64,000 nucleotides of DNA from Octopus vulgaris (GCA_951406725.2 OX597815.1:74896001-74960000); one strand, 5' to 3'. Shown: positions 37,839 to 51,769, numbered from the stretch's first letter. Notes: a model not told the origin generated them from the sequence alone. A program made the numbers and translations.

Positions 37839-39819
37839 TATATCTCTATTAGGTTGGAAAGAAAGTCCTGTCACATTTTGGACATAATCTGGGTTTTACC
37901 ACATACACACAGTGTTTCCCAGTAAAACTATTACACTGTAACAAAATTCTAATTTTGTTTTTTGTCAGTAAGTGTTATTTCTTATTCCCTCCTATCTAGA
38001 AATCAAAGGAAATGACAACTATTTCCTTCAAACATTGCTTTTGTGAGCTGGACATCAATGTTTTGAAACCAACCTATTTTTCCATTACATTTCAGGCAGA
38101 TTCAGCAACTTTCTAGGAGTAAACAAATAGGAAATGAAAAAAAAAAAAAAATGCCATTGGAGGGGTGGCGCATACCCTGTGCACAGAAATTTTTCACAAA
38201 TTATAGTGTGGCTTACCCATGCTTTCTAATTGAACTGAATGTTGTTTTTAAGTATCACCATTATAGATATTTATACTCTGGTGAAATTAAGAAATCAACT
38301 CGTAAATAAATGGAACCCTCAAATTCATCACTGTACACACACACACAGTCACATATCTATGCATACAACCACCCACATGCGTCTACATGCATAGATACAC
38401 CCTGATCTATACATACACAGATGAGGGTCGATTCATATGAAAAAGAAAGTGAACAAAATGAAATACTTATAGAAAATATTGCATTGAATTTGAGAAGTGT
38501 TTCACCATTATAGGTATTTATACTCCGGTGAAATTTAAAGAAATCAATTCATAAACAAATGAATTCTACAAATCCATTACTGTACACACACATACATATA
38601 TGTATGTTTGAAGATAATCAAGCCAAATTTTCATCATTTCCAGCCACTCACCCAATGAGAATTTCTGTCTAAATTGGTGAAAATCCATACAGCCATTTTC
38701 CAAACACACAGACAAAGGCAAGTAATTACAAAACCCTACTTTCACTTATGCACACAGGGTACTAACAGTTGCTACCCAAGGACAAAAATAGTGTTACAGT
38801 GTTATTAATAAAGTTTATTTGAGATAAAAATAATTATTAAAAAATAGACAAAAAGAAAGAGACCAAAAGCATTTTAGTAAAAATGATTTTAATTTATTGA
38901 TATGACAAAAAGAAAAAAAATACTGAATATGGACATTCATACAATTTCTATAACAGCAACTACCAATGTGCATCAGCCCGGAAAGAGACTTTGTGAAACA
39001 CATCTGGCGTTCGTACACTTCCGTACCACAAGGGAGGTCACTGTTATACATAACACTGACTACATACCGGGTGGATTATAAATGGGTCTATTTATACAAT
39101 ATGTACACAATGGTAAAGCTTTTTGTGAGCCACCCTGTATAAGTCACACACAGACATATATATATATATATATATATGCATATGTACTTCTGGATAATTA
39201 GGTAAGAATGTTTATAATAAAATTTAATGATTTAATGTTACTTGAAATATTTTTCATAGAAACAATTTTTGATTCAGAATAAAAAAAAAAAAAACCTTCA
39301 TCTTTAGCATTAAAAACTTAAAGGCTAGCATATGCATACATGTAATATATTTACATATATTGAAATCACAGCCTACAATTATGACAGTGGGAGAAGATAC
39401 AAGCAAAGTGTTGTTATTTACACTGTACAACTGTAAGACAAACTATGACATCCCTTCTGGTGCAAAAGTGTACGAGCTTCACACATCCAGCCACCAGCAG
39501 AAAGAGGCAAGGCTTACCAATCAAGATTATATATAGACAAGCATTTTCTTACTCTATAAATAATCATCTACTAAATGCTCAGATCCTGCATATTGATTTT
39601 TGCTTCTCTAAAAGCATGACCTAATGCTGCGAAAACTTGGAAAAAGCTGGCGAAAATAATTAAATCATGTTTTACTAAGCAAGTTAATAAAATAACAATG
39701 CAACAGAAATTGCTTAGGAAAATCTAAAATGATAGATAAAACTAAGTAAAATTCTTTTGTGGATAGGGGAAGAGAAAAAAAATGGTTAGATATTTAGATC
39801 TCCCCTAAGTGTCACTCTA

Positions 39820-40030
39820 CTAAACCATTTTAACTCTAGTTTTTAAATAGGCCATATCTGCTCTAGAGTGGCTAGATGCAGACTCTCAAACCTACCCTAT
39901 AATGCCATACTAAAACTAGACAATTACATCATTAAAATCTTGAAGATACAAGAATGCATGATTAATTCAAAAAGTGTGATTAAACAAGCATTACATTTTA
40001 CTGAGTAATTTGTTAATGCTAAAGGGCTAA
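39820..40030. mobile_element. TTAA-type MITE, same family as 19859
   Basis: Shared body (CCTACCCTA.AAT..CAT.CT.AAA, GCATGATTAATTCAAAA) and an AATGCTAAAGGGCTAA end. Confidence 0.65.
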
Positions 40031-40647
40031 AAGAAAGATTACAACAGATATTTTAGAATCAGAAAAAGAAAAAAATGGAATGGTGAAGCCTGTAATGCCT
40101 TAGATCTTCAGTCTATTCGTTCACAACTGTCCCGAGGCTAAATTTGTAGGCCTGGACAGAAAATGAAACATACCAACAGCAAATGCCATATGACACATCA
40201 CTGCAGGTCAGTGTGCAGTATGAAATGGCTCTAGCTGTCAGGCAGAGACATGGTCAAACTGGAACAACAGAATCTGTGGCCCATACCAAGTAATGTGGAT
40301 AACTACCTGTGTGCCATAAGACTTTTTGATCAGAGATGATCACTTTAAGTTATAAGAAACATCTATTGTGTTGAATAAGATATATTTAATTTCAATTAAC
40401 TCTAAGTAATATATTAATTATATCACCATAAATTTAGGTTTGGGAGAAAATTAAGAAAGAAGATTTACAATACATAAATATAAATAAATAGGTATGAGGA
40501 GGGGAGTGAGCTTTACAACTAAAGCATTAAAAAAAAAAATCATCCTTAGCTGTTATTTAAAAAAATTTTATTGTATAATGCTAAAACAGGTTTTTCACAA
40601 AAATATACCTTTAAAGAGAACACAGATAGAGTTAATTGTTAGTTGTT

Positions 40648-40755
40648 TCACTGAGTAGCAATGACCAATGCACCAAGACCAAATGCTGCAAATACGAATC
40701 CTCTCCACAATCTGTCCTCTTGGACTTGTTCAGGAAAAAAGTCGGAGAAATTATC
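40648..40755 (-). CDS. Bcl-2-family (Mcl-1-like) gene, last coding exon: end of BH2 plus transmembrane anchor
   Basis: Acceptor TTTTTTTCTTTTCAG|GAT. 108 nt reading DNFSDFFPEQVQEDRLWRGFVFAAFGLGALVIATQ*. Completes BH2 as GGW|DNFSDFF. Confidence 0.9.
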   Translation of the reverse strand, partial: DNFSDFFPEQVQEDRLWRGFVFAAFGLGALVIATQ

Positions 40756-41349
40756 CTGAAAAGAAAAAAAAGATAAATGTTTTTCATCTAGATGCAAGGA
40801 CAGTAATTTTGAGCAGGGAGGAAAGGGCATTATTCTCACTCTTCTAAATGTGAGTTACCATACAACTCCTCTACAAGAACCTCTTTATCCTTCTCCCCCA
40901 TCCTTTCTTTCATACATTAGTCCCTCATCTTCTCAGATAATGCCATCCTTAAGCTTAGTGGCCTTACTGGCTGCATGGCATTCTCACTAGTGCCAATGAC
41001 ATGAAAAAAAGTACCAAGTACACTGTAAAGTGGTTGGCATTAGGAAGGACATCCAGTCATATAAACCATGCCAAAGTAGACGCTGGAATAGGATGTGATC
41101 AACTGACCCACCAGATCCTGCCAAACCATCAAATCCAAGCCAGTATAGAACATGGATGTTAAATGATGTTGATGATAATGATGACAGTACTTGCTTGGTA
41201 TTTAATCTTATTCTCTGAAATGAAAGAAAGCTGACTGACATAATTTAAACTCAGAATGTAAGAAATCATAAAAAATACGGCAAAGCATTTTCTCTGATGT
41301 TCTAATGATTCTGCTAAACCATCATCATAATACATTAATATAATTATAA

Positions 41350-41545
41350 TCCTTTCCACATTAGGCACAAGGCCTGAAATTTTGGAGGCTGAGACTAGTT
41401 GATAACATCAACTCCAGTACTTGACTGGTACTTTATTAAATTGACCCCCAAAAGGAGGAAAGGCAAAGATGGCCTCAGTGGAATTTGAACTCAGAACGAA
41501 AAAATGTCAGAAGAAATGCTGCTAAGCATTTTGTCTGCCACATTC
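41350..41545 (-). mobile_element. SINE family B, intronic
   Basis: Similar to other copies; another lies at about 43840-43980. Confidence 0.75.
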
Positions 41546-42878
41546 TTCTTGCTCACAGTCTTAATAACAGTAATAAAAAGCTTAGTTTATCTTTTATTAA
41601 AATACTTCAACTTCATGAAAGAACTAAACAAAAACAAAAAAAAAAAACCTGCTTGGGTGCAATCTAAATGACTCTGACCAAGAGCAGGAACAGAGCCTCA
41701 ACTTTTGGATATACAACCAAAAATGTAATAGGCTCAACTAAACACCCAATCATTTTAAGTTAATTATGCTCCTTTGTTTAACATCTAATTTTCCATGACA
41801 GAATGGGTTTAGATAGGGAATTATTTTAAGGTAACTGGATGCACTACCCGCTGTCAATCCTTACCTGTTTTTGAGAAAAGGATTTAAAAAAATATTCTAG
41901 AAGTCCTTGAAAGCTGAAAGCAACTGGTCAATATCACCAGCTAACTCAAGTAATGACACATTTGAAATTATGAACATTCATGCACTAACATACACATTAA
42001 ATATATACAGACAAACACACACAAGTATAGGTGTGGTTGTGTGTTTAAGAACTTTGCTTCACAACCACATAGTTTTAAGTGGAGTCCCATTGCATGGCAC
42101 CTTGGGCCAGTGTTTCGTACCATTATCTCAGGCCAATCTCTGTTAGTGGATTTGGTAGGTGGAAACTGAAAAAGGCATGTCATATATATGTGTGCATGTG
42201 TGTCATTGGGTTGACATTGCATGAAAGTCATACAGTGTCATCCATTCCCAATATTCTACAATAACATGTCTGGCCATGGGGTAACATTACTTTGCCTGGA
42301 AACAGGTAAGTGTTGATAACAGGAGGGAATTCAGCCACAGAAAATCTGACTCGATAAACTCCATCCAACACATGTAAGATGGAAAAGTATATGTTAAAAC
42401 AATGATGATGATATACACGATGGGTTTCCTGTTGCTTCTCTCTACCAAAATATCTCACAAGGATCACAGAGGATCCAATCCTCAAACTGTAGTCAATACC
42501 AAGAAAATCTGTTTCTATTAAGAGAGATCACAGTTGTATTATAATCGGCTATAAGCACTGATTTAGATAAACTAAAAATAATATAAACAATTTTCATGAA
42601 GCCCTAGACTACAGTCAGCTTTAGTATTTCATAATTTAGTTGTAAGTGCACATACATATTCAGCATATTAGGTAAATAGGGTGTGATAAGATCTTGGCAA
42701 GCCAATTTTAATGCTAGGATAGACCAAGACATTAAGCACTGTTTAACAGTTGATTTGATTTAGATTCGTGAGAACAATGGAAGACTAGTTACAAAGAACA
42801 TAATACTACCATTTGGGTCAACAAAACAAGTTTCAAATGTCACGTTTTCGTGCATGTGTGTGTTTACATATATCATCA

Positions 42879-43108
42879 TTTAACCCTTTTGTTACTAACC
42901 CGGCAGAAACCGGCTCTGGCTCTGAGTACGAATGTCTTGTTTTCATAAGTTCTGAATTAAAATCTTCCACCAAACCTTGGTCACAATTTATGCTCCTAAC
43001 ACTAGCTTCATGATAACTAAGTTATTATTTTACTAAATCCTTTGTTATATTTAAAGTAATGGAAAGAAACACAGCATCTCAAAATAAATACAGTAATGAA
43101 AGGCTTAA
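42879..43108. mobile_element. TTAA-type MITE, second family, intronic
   Basis: TTAACCCTTTTGTTAC...GTAATGAAAGGCTTAA termini. Confidence 0.7.
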
Positions 43109-46018
43109 ATCATTTAATGTCCATGTTCCATACTAGCATACACACACTAATCCCATTTTTTTAAACCATATTTCTGTTCAAGTCTTCTGCCTTTAATAAT
43201 TCATGAGGAGCATATAGCACTGAGAGAATCCAAGCAGTAACAAACCTATTCATTCTTAACACATTCTGACAGATCTGAATGTTAAATACCCGACCACTGT
43301 CATTTTTCACCACCAGTGAATGCTTTTTCCATTTAGGTATATGTATTTATAATGTGTGATACAACGCTGTAAGAGGACTGAGGCACTTATGTTTCAGCCA
43401 GGTGTTTCCCCAGTTGAAGTTATCCCACAACCAGACAAAACAACTTGCTAATACATGCAGCTGTCTGCTACATGGAGTGCATACAGAACAGTGAGAATTC
43501 TGTTGCTGATTCTATTAATTTGAATACAATGAAAAATTTAGTCATAATTAAGGAGGTATTCAGAACATAAATTAACATGAAATTTTAATAGGATTTTGTT
43601 GAGAGATTGTCAGATACCCTTCCTGTTGCAAGCCATCACTTGTTCCTAGATAAAGTAATATTTTTCTACGGCCCACCTGTATGACAGTAACCCTCATTTT
43701 ACAAAAATGTGATGACAAAATAAAGAGACACTAACACTCACGCATCCATGTGTATACATAAACCCACACCCACCACACTTGAAACTTGAGCAAATATTTT
43801 GCTAAGAAAGAGAAACCACAATCCTCTTATGATCAGAATTACATTGACCCAGTGCTCATTTGGTACTTATTTTATCAACGCCCAAAAGATGAGAGGCAAA
43901 GCTAACCTCAGCAGAATTTGAACTGATGAAATGACACTAAATACTTTGATATGCTCATGACTGCCAGGTCACCACAGCCTTAAAAATTCTCATATAATAA
44001 TAGATCACAATGTTGAATACCAATAATAATTTCTAAAAGCTGCCAGTTATCAAATTGTATTCAACTTTAAAATCTTTTACAAACCCAACCATCAAATAAT
44101 TGTTTTCAATGGTGGAACTTGAAGTACATAAATCTATAAACAATACCACGTAAATATTTGTAGAAAAAGTTGAAGACTGCTTGTGGGACACGAAACCATG
44201 TTTGTAAATGTGACAGATGTTCTACCATTGGACAAAGTAACCCTTTGAATTTCTTTTGTAAATGGTTATGTTAACAGCAAGATTACTGAAGCTCAATTGC
44301 TTACAATCTCTGCTGGTCGCTCTATTGTTTTGATGGCTGCAATGACGATTATTTCAGCAAATTGTTCAAATAAAGTGGTATAAAATAGTTAATAACCATA
44401 ATCCTATAGGTTGTTCAGGTATCCCAAAAGACTTCATGCAACATCTAGTTAAGTCAGTTTAGTAGAGACCATTCTTGTCCCTGATATACAAACTAAACCC
44501 TAGAAGTTAACAGAAGAGGATATTGTACAAAGCTCTCTCTGCTTATAAACTTATCGTCATGATTTAACATCCTTGTTCCATGCTAGCATGGGTTGCATGG
44601 TTTGTAAGGATCTGATTGACCCAAAGATCACACAACAACGTATCACTATACGAAATCCACCCGTGGTAAATGGACTCAGGCACTTGAGAAGTTTCACGAT
44701 TATGGACACAACGTACATGAGATAGTCTTGTCGCTGAATTACTGATCTATCCCATCAGTATCTGTTATACAACAGTGGCTAATGGGGATATAACATATGT
44801 TCTACACCGTTGGTGACAATGCACTTTCAATTCTTTTTTAATTGGCCCAAATCGCTTGATTAAATCACTTTCCTAAATGAAACAAATACGGACGACTTGT
44901 TCCGAAACCCCGAATGGGGAACAGTTCTAAAAAATAACCCCCAAAATTCCTGATCTCGGAGTCTACATAGTCGAGGTATATTTGTAGATGATTTCATTTA
45001 AAAATATCCATTTTCTTGAAAGTTAAGACGAATTGAAGTGGACTCCGGTAAATTTCCAGAAATTCCCTATCCACCCCCTCCTACAACACTTTTCCCACAA
45101 AAAAAAACTTCGTATATTTGGAATCTACATGGTATAATAAATATTCGTAGAAAATTTCATTAAAAAATATCCATTTTTCTGAAAGTTATGATCATCCAAA
45201 GTCGAGGGTAGGGACAGCCCAAATTTGTTTATTTTTGTAGTTATACTTCAATCCGTGTCCATACCAGTACCTTTGCGTCTTTTTAACCGTCTGCTTTTGT
45301 CGTCATTTCAGTCATGTCACACCTTACTCTGTCACACCTTACTCACCCACACACAATCTCCCTTTCTCTCTCTACTTCACACTTTGTGCCTTTCGACTTC
45401 TTTGGCTTTTCAATTTATTGAATACGGTCACACACTCACGCACTCAAATCTACAGGCTACCTACATAGGTGTGTATGTGAAAGAGAGAAATTATGTGTAC
45501 ACATCAAAAAAAAAAACAAAGCCTAAATTCTCTAGGTATGTTATAAGCATTGTAGATTACGCAGCAAGAAGAAAAAATTTATAGTAGGACAGAGTATTTT
45601 TGTTACCCCTCTCCATATATATATATATATATATATATATAAGTGTGTGTGTGCTATACACTACACATTCACTATATGAATACACATCCGCCATAGAAGT
45701 ACATCACACATTCTCTCTCTCTCATATGTATGTGTATATATGTGTGCGTGTGTCTATATATATATATATATATAAATATATATAAATTATTATATTTCGG
45801 GACGGTATTTTTTTCCCCCAAATAAACACATTTTTTCTTCACTCGTTTTATTACTGTTCTTATTTTAACTCATGACCATTGTCCGGAAATCTTTTGTCAC
45901 ACATCTGTGACCTCTTCAGCGACACTTTTTGTTTTAGTCTGTTCTTGCTCTACGGAGTAAGTAGAGCTAGAACACGCGAATCGCTGAAGAGGTCACATTT
46001 CTGATGTGGGAAAGACTT

Positions 46019-46345
46019 CCTTTTGTACCCAGTCACCATAAATTTATTTTTTTTAATATTACACAAGGTGGAAAATTAATTTCCTACCATGTCTTATAAC
46101 GATGAGAAAGTCATAAAAAGTAAGAGTTGCTATATTATGTATATTCATGTCCCAATTTGCCCCACTCTATGAAATTTGCCTAACATTGGGACATGAATAT
46201 ACATAATACAGAAACGAAGTTTTTTTTTTAATAAAAATTCTTAATTTTGATGACTTTCTCGTTATTATAAGAAATGGGAGGAAATCAATTTTACACCATG
46301 CATGTTTTGTTTTTTTTTAATTTAAGGGGTGGGGGGTACAAAAGG
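46019..46345. mobile_element. Foldback or MITE-like element, intronic
   Basis: CCTTTTGTACCC/GGGTACAAAAGG ends. Perfect inner 24-bp arms at 46133-46156 and 46185-46208. Further imperfect pairing in between. Confidence 0.8.
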
Positions 46346-47216
46346 GACCCTAAACACCGGGTGTGCGTATTCTTTACCTTCGCCCAAAAAAAAATATAGT
46401 GCTTGAGTTTATTTGGAAAGAAGAAAAAATGACCCTCTCGAAATACAACAATATCTGTTTCAACAGACTCACAGCAGGAATCTTGCAAAATTAATTGATA
46501 AACATGGTGCTCCAGTATGACCACAGCCGCATGGCTGAAACGAGTAAAAGAGTATCGCCATATATATATATATATATATACACCTCTCTCTCTCTCTCTC
46601 TGTATATATATATATATATACCTATATATATATATGTGTGTGTGTAAGTATACTTTTTTCGGATATATGATAGATATATTTATATACAGACACACCGAGG
46701 CACACCATACACATTCAGGTCATCTGGCTAATTTACAATATCTCCGGTTAAGATCACGAGGAAACTAGACAATAGAACGTGAAAATCGGCATTTCTCGGT
46801 ATAGTCATCCCTTCGTACGCGTGCGTGCAACTGTGTAGGTGGCATAGTTAAGAATTGAATAAATATACACTAGAAAACTACTCTCATTTCCGTTTTATTG
46901 AATCATATATTGTAAGCAAATTTTGAGTGGACCTGTTAGAATAAAACCATTTTAAACCAATAAAATGATATTGTTGAAATTTCTGTCACTTCTGTGACGG
47001 AAAAATGTAGCCGATGATCTCGGGGAAATTTCAAAACGGAATGACTTCGATATTGAACATTCCGAGAAGGGGGGGAGCAAATCATGTGAGTCTCGTGATT
47101 TGCTGATGATGATTTATGGAAACTTAATAAAAGTGAATTAAAACAAGCTTAATTATAAAATTATAGTTATTAATTAGTGAAATTTCATTCAAAAAGAATT
47201 GCAAATTAATATTTAC

Positions 47217-47765
47217 CCATCCGCCAGACTCTATAATCCACTTTCCTAGTTTTTTACCAACGTATCGGCCTGTATATAATGCAATTTGATTACACTTTTC
47301 CGGTTTTTCAATGTCATGAAAATGTAAAGCCAGTCTTGCGGCGAACGCATAAACAGCTACAACACGACCCCAATTAATTTGTCCGTCTTCGAATATTTCA
47401 TCTGTTACATATGTGAAGGAAATAAAAAGATTCATGTCGTCCACTTGGAGTCTATTTATCATAGTTTTAAATAAAATGTCGTGTCGTTTCGAAAGTTCTT
47501 GTACCGTCCTTCGCATCGTTTTGCAATGACGGTTAAGTGGTTTCTTTCCAGGATTAATGAAAAACTGTATGACATCATCGGCAATATTTTCAGCATCCCT
47601 GCAAACTCTTTCTAATTGCGTTGTATTACCTTCTAAACGGGCTGATTCGGCATCGCCGGTTTGACCAATATTGTTAAGTCCTTGAAAACCGGGAAGCTGT
47701 TGAAAACGTCGATTGATGACAGCGAATGGAGAACCTACTCTACTACGTTCATAATCAGTGGTCAT
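47217..47765 (-). CDS. Bcl-2-family apoptosis regulator (Mcl-1-like), first coding exon
   Basis: ATG at 47765, 183 codons. BH1 is EIFEDGQINWGRVVAVYAF and BH2 starts WIIESGGW. Donor TGG|GTAAAT at 47216, phase 0, the GW|D intron position known from Bcl-2, Bcl-xL and Mcl-1. TMRRTVQELSKRHDILFKTMINRLQV aligns by eye to Mcl-1 TLRRVGDGVQRNHETAFQGMLRKLDI. Confidence 0.93.
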
Positions 47766-47861
47766 TCTTAAAGAGCAAAATATAGTAAATTTTCAAAATT
47801 AATTTTTTGTCAGAATTACTATTTGCTCAAAGGCTGCATACATATGAGGCGAATACCTCTA

Positions 47862-47925
47862 ATATATAGAAGACAAAAGTAGCAGCAGCAGTAGTGCTTG
47901 CTATCAGAATGTGTTAGCCAATCAG
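47862..47925 (-). promoter_or_regulatory. Candidate core promoter of the Bcl-2-family gene (TATA-like box plus CCAAT box)
   Basis: TATATAT at 47862-47868, about 100 bp upstream of the ATG. AGCCAATCAG (NF-Y consensus) at 47916-47925, within a duplicated ATCAGAATGTGT. Confidence 0.45.
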
Positions 47926-48938
47926 AATGTGTCGATTCTCCCACCACTTATTTTATTGTATTTTATTGTATTTTATTAAGTGAAACAAAATTTACCGACT
48001 GTAAAATTTTTCAACCCTAAAATTCCGGGTGGAAACACCAGTCCCTCTAATACTTGTCTTTGGGTCTCGGAAGAAATTTATGAACACTTACCTTCTTCCT
48101 CTGGCTAAAAAAAATATAAATCTAATTTTAGAATAACGCTAGCAATTTTTAGGGGAAGGAAAAGTCGATTACATCGACTCCAGTACTCAACTGGTGTTTC
48201 TTTTATCAACCCTAAAAGGATCTGTGGCAATAATAATCGTCTCTTAGACTGAACGCTTGATTTTAGCAGTTGCTTTAGCCCCCATGGTCTATGATCAAAA
48301 GACCTCCCAGCCTTCATGTCCATTTTAGAAAGTGTACCTAGGATTACATGATACAATGTGTTCTTTTGAAGTGTGATTTTATGGTAGTTTGGCTGTTATT
48401 TCTAATCGGTCTCAGAAGTTCTCTTCCGTCTACCCACTTTTGGGGTTTCGTAACGTAATTTTTTTATCAGAACAGGGAAATCTCACTAGCCTCAGGAGGT
48501 TGCGAAAGCCATGGATATAATCCTTTCAGACAAACAAATAAATAAATGAAACAAATAAGTGAATAACCCATCTCAACTTATCAAAAAAATTTTTTAAATA
48601 AATAAATGATATTTTTAATTTGTTTATGCATACAGTAGTTTACAAAGATTTTTAATAAATGAATTTACATCAAGCTTCCCGATCCAATCAAGACATAAAT
48701 CTTTTTCTATAATCTCATTCACATCTAGGATGCATTATAAACAATATGTACCACCTTGAATTTTTAGTCGAACGAATCGAGCCTAAGTGTTTGTTTTTTG
48801 CTTTGTTTTTTTTTTATTCCTGGCACTTATTTTATCGGTCTTGTATGCCGAACTGCTATATTACGGGAACACAAGCACACCAACACCGATTGTCACGCGG
48901 TAGTGGGAGACAAACACATACATACATACAGTATATAT

Positions 48939-50835
48939 AACTACAGAGGTATCAAGCTGTTGGATCAGGTGATGAAGGTTACAGAGAGGGTCATAGCCCA
49001 ACTAATTAGAGAGAGAGTTAGTTTAGATGAGATGCAGTTTGGGTTTGTGCCAGGGAAAAGTAAAACTGATGCTATATTCCTGGTAAGGCAGCTGCAGGAG
49101 AAATACCTAGCCAAAGATAAGCCCCTGTACCTGGCTTTTGTTGACATGGAGAAAGCCTTCGACAGGGTACCCCGATCCCTCTTATCTGGTGGTCAATGAG
49201 GAAACTAGGGATAGATGAATGGTTAGTGAGAGCTGTGTGGGCCATGTATAGGGACGCTGCTAGTAAGGTAAGGGTTGGCAACGAGTACAGTGAAGAATTC
49301 CGGGTAGAGGTAGGGGTCCACCAAGGCTCAGTCCTCAGCCCCCTCCTATTTATCACTCCTCCAGGCAATAACGGAGGAATTCAAGACAGGATGCCCTTGG
49401 GAGCTCCTCTATGCTGATGACCTTGCTCTAATTGCTGAGTCGCTATCAGAACTGGAGGAGAAGTTTCAGGTGTGGAAACAAGGATTAGAATCGAAGGGCC
49501 TTGGAGTCAATCTAGCTAAAACCAAAGTCGTAATCAGTAGGAAGGTAGACAAATCACAAACGCCTTCAGGTAGATGGCCCTGCTCGATCTGTAGAAAAGG
49601 TGTAGGTAGAAACTCTATAAGATGCACCAAGTGTAAGCTATGGACACATAAGAGGTGCAACAATGTCAAAGGAAGGCTAACTAGGAAGATGATTTTTGTA
49701 TGTAGCAGATGCTCAGGAACAATAAACACTGAAAATGCTCTGAGACCAACTTCCGTCACTTTCTAGGGAGAAAAACTAGAAATAGTTGATAGTTTCCGTT
49801 ACCTAGGTGACCAAATCAGCAGCGGGGGCGGGTGTGCTGAAAGTGTAACTGCTAGAGTAAGAATAGCTTGGGCAAAGTTCAGAGAGCTCTTACCTCTGCT
49901 GGTGACAAAAGGCCTCTCGCACAGAGTAAAAGGCAGACTGTATGATGCGTGTGTACGAACAGCCATGCTACTTGGCAGTGAAACATGGGCCGTGACTGCT
50001 GAGGATATGCGTAAGCTCGCAAGAAATGAAGCCAGTATGCTCCGATGGATGTGTAATGTCAGTACTCATACTTGGCAGAGTGTAAGTACCTTGAGAGAAA
50101 AGCTGGACCTAAGAAGCATCAGTTGTGGTGTGCAAGAGAGACGTTTGCGCTGGTATGGTCATGTGGCGAGAATGGATGAAGATAGTTGTGTGAAAAAGTG
50201 CCACACCCTAGTGGTTGAGGGAACCTGCGGAAGAGGCAGACCCAGGAAAACCTGGGACGAGGTGGTGAAGCACGACCTTCGAACTTTAGGTCTCACTGAG
50301 GAAATGACTAGAGACCGAGACCTCTGGAAGTGTGCTGTGCGCGAGAAGACCCGGCAGGACAAGTGAGTCCATAACCCATGGCCTTCTACATGGGATGGAG
50401 CCAGCCTACGTATGCATACCTTCCCTTCTTGGGACACAAAACTCTACTTGTGAAGACCTGTTGAGGCAAGTGAGGATCAGAATCGAAATCGATCAATGGA
50501 AATTGCAGATGTGTTACCAGTGCCGGTGGCATGTAAGAGAACCATCCGTTTGCGACCGTTGCCAGTGCCGCCCCGACTGGCCTCATGCCGGTGGCATGTA
50601 AAAAGCACCATCCGTTTGTGGCTGTTTGCCAGCTCTGTCTGGCACCTGTGCGGGTGGCACGTAAAAAGCACCCACCACACTCACGGAGTGGTTGACGTTA
50701 GGAAGGGCATCCAGCCGTAGAAACACTGCCAGATCTGACTGGGCCTGATGAAGCCTTCTGGCTTCACATACCCCAGTTGAACCGTCCAACCTATGCTAGC
50801 ATGGAAAACGGACGCTAAACGATGATGATGATGAT
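48939..50835 (+). mobile_element. RTE-clade LINE, 5'-truncated, nested in a SINE A
   Basis: NYRGIKLL, QFGFVPG, FVDMEKAFDRVP, GVHQGSVLSP, LLYADD, RLRWYGHV, GRGRPRKTW. 3' UTR tandem repeats and (GAT)n tail. SINE A halves at about 48750-48935 and 50855-50910. Confidence 0.93.
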
Positions 50836-51769
50836 ATATATATATATATACACATTTTCAGTTTCCATCTCCCAAATCCACTCACAAGGCTTTGGTCATC
50901 ATGAGGCCAAAGTTAAATACCCTTTAATTCACACACTTTTTTATTTTAAATTATTTCCAATTTTTTTTTTATTTACCAAAATGGCCTTAACTGTTCTGTT
51001 CTTTGCTCACATGAATTACAATATCAATTATTTTACATTTACTGGGCATTTTTTAAAAATATTTACTAAATATTAAGTCTTCTACTCTTTCACACACGAT
51101 CATACAGGATTTCAAAATCCCAAGATTTTGATATCCTTAGACTTAATTATAGCAGAAAGAAGATGTTCATACTGTTTCTCTGGCCTTTCTAATCTATAAT
51201 CTCCGTATAATTTACTGTGGATGCAAGCACTCACAGGTAATGAGGGTTTATGCTTAGAATTATCCTCCTTACTGGTTGCCTTCTCACACAGCTGAGCCCA
51301 GACTACTCTATTATACTACCAATGTAGAGACATGATTTAATAAAAGCTAAGGAGGTAGGGCTCACCCTCGATGGTCTTACAGCACACTGGACACTAATCT
51401 TGTATTTCTAAGTCCTTAATAGATTGTCACTGACTCTATTGGATTCATGTATCCTTTTAATAAATATCTTTTTTCTTTCTGAGTCTCTAGAGATTATTTT
51501 CACCAGGGAAGCCTAGTTCATGGGTCACAAAGATGAAGAAGTGAAGTGGTGACATCAAAGACCAGATGGCATAACATTAGCAGAGTGTCCAGCTCAAATT
51601 TCCAATGAGGATTGGTTGTGTCTAAGACTTTTGTTCCTCAGTCATAAGAATGATCATATTTATCAACATCATATTTCTTCTGAAATTACTTATTACAAAT
51701 GCCTTATTCTTCTACTGTTTGTACCACATATTCTGCATAGCAACGTTTCTTGGTTCTTGATGGTATAAC

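Noticed and set aside
38255-38595. Degenerate direct repeat of about 90 bp at roughly 250-bp spacing, and a similar one at 6100-6290
   Set aside because: Old local duplications next to CA tracts, with no ribozyme core, TIR or ORF.
44930-45210. Duplicated AT-rich module, with similar ones near 5150-5320, 10200 and 38620, suggestive of Helitron/Helentron-type non-autonomous elements
   Set aside because: Termini could not be defined by eye, so the class cannot be called.
47021-47032. NF-kB-like site GGGGAAATTTC in intron 1 of the Bcl-2-family gene
   Set aside because: A single imperfect short motif, expected by chance in 64 kb.
47124-47216. ORF-track C-terminus VNINLQFFLNEIS... of the 213-aa Bcl-2 ORF
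   Set aside because: Intron read-through. A GT donor follows GGW, and a matching exon with the end of BH2 and the membrane anchor lies at 40755-40648.
47767-48091. Possible 5' UTR intron (AAG|GTAAGT donor at 48091, TTTTGCTCTTTAAG acceptor before the ATG)
   Set aside because: The AAG acceptor is weak and the putative upstream exon runs into a SINE remnant. It cannot be chosen over the TATA/CCAAT model without transcripts.
50510-50680. Regularly spaced GGTGGCA(T/C)GTAAAAAGCACC repeats
   Set aside because: Internal 3' UTR repeats of the RTE element, also present in the older copy at about 18780-18870.
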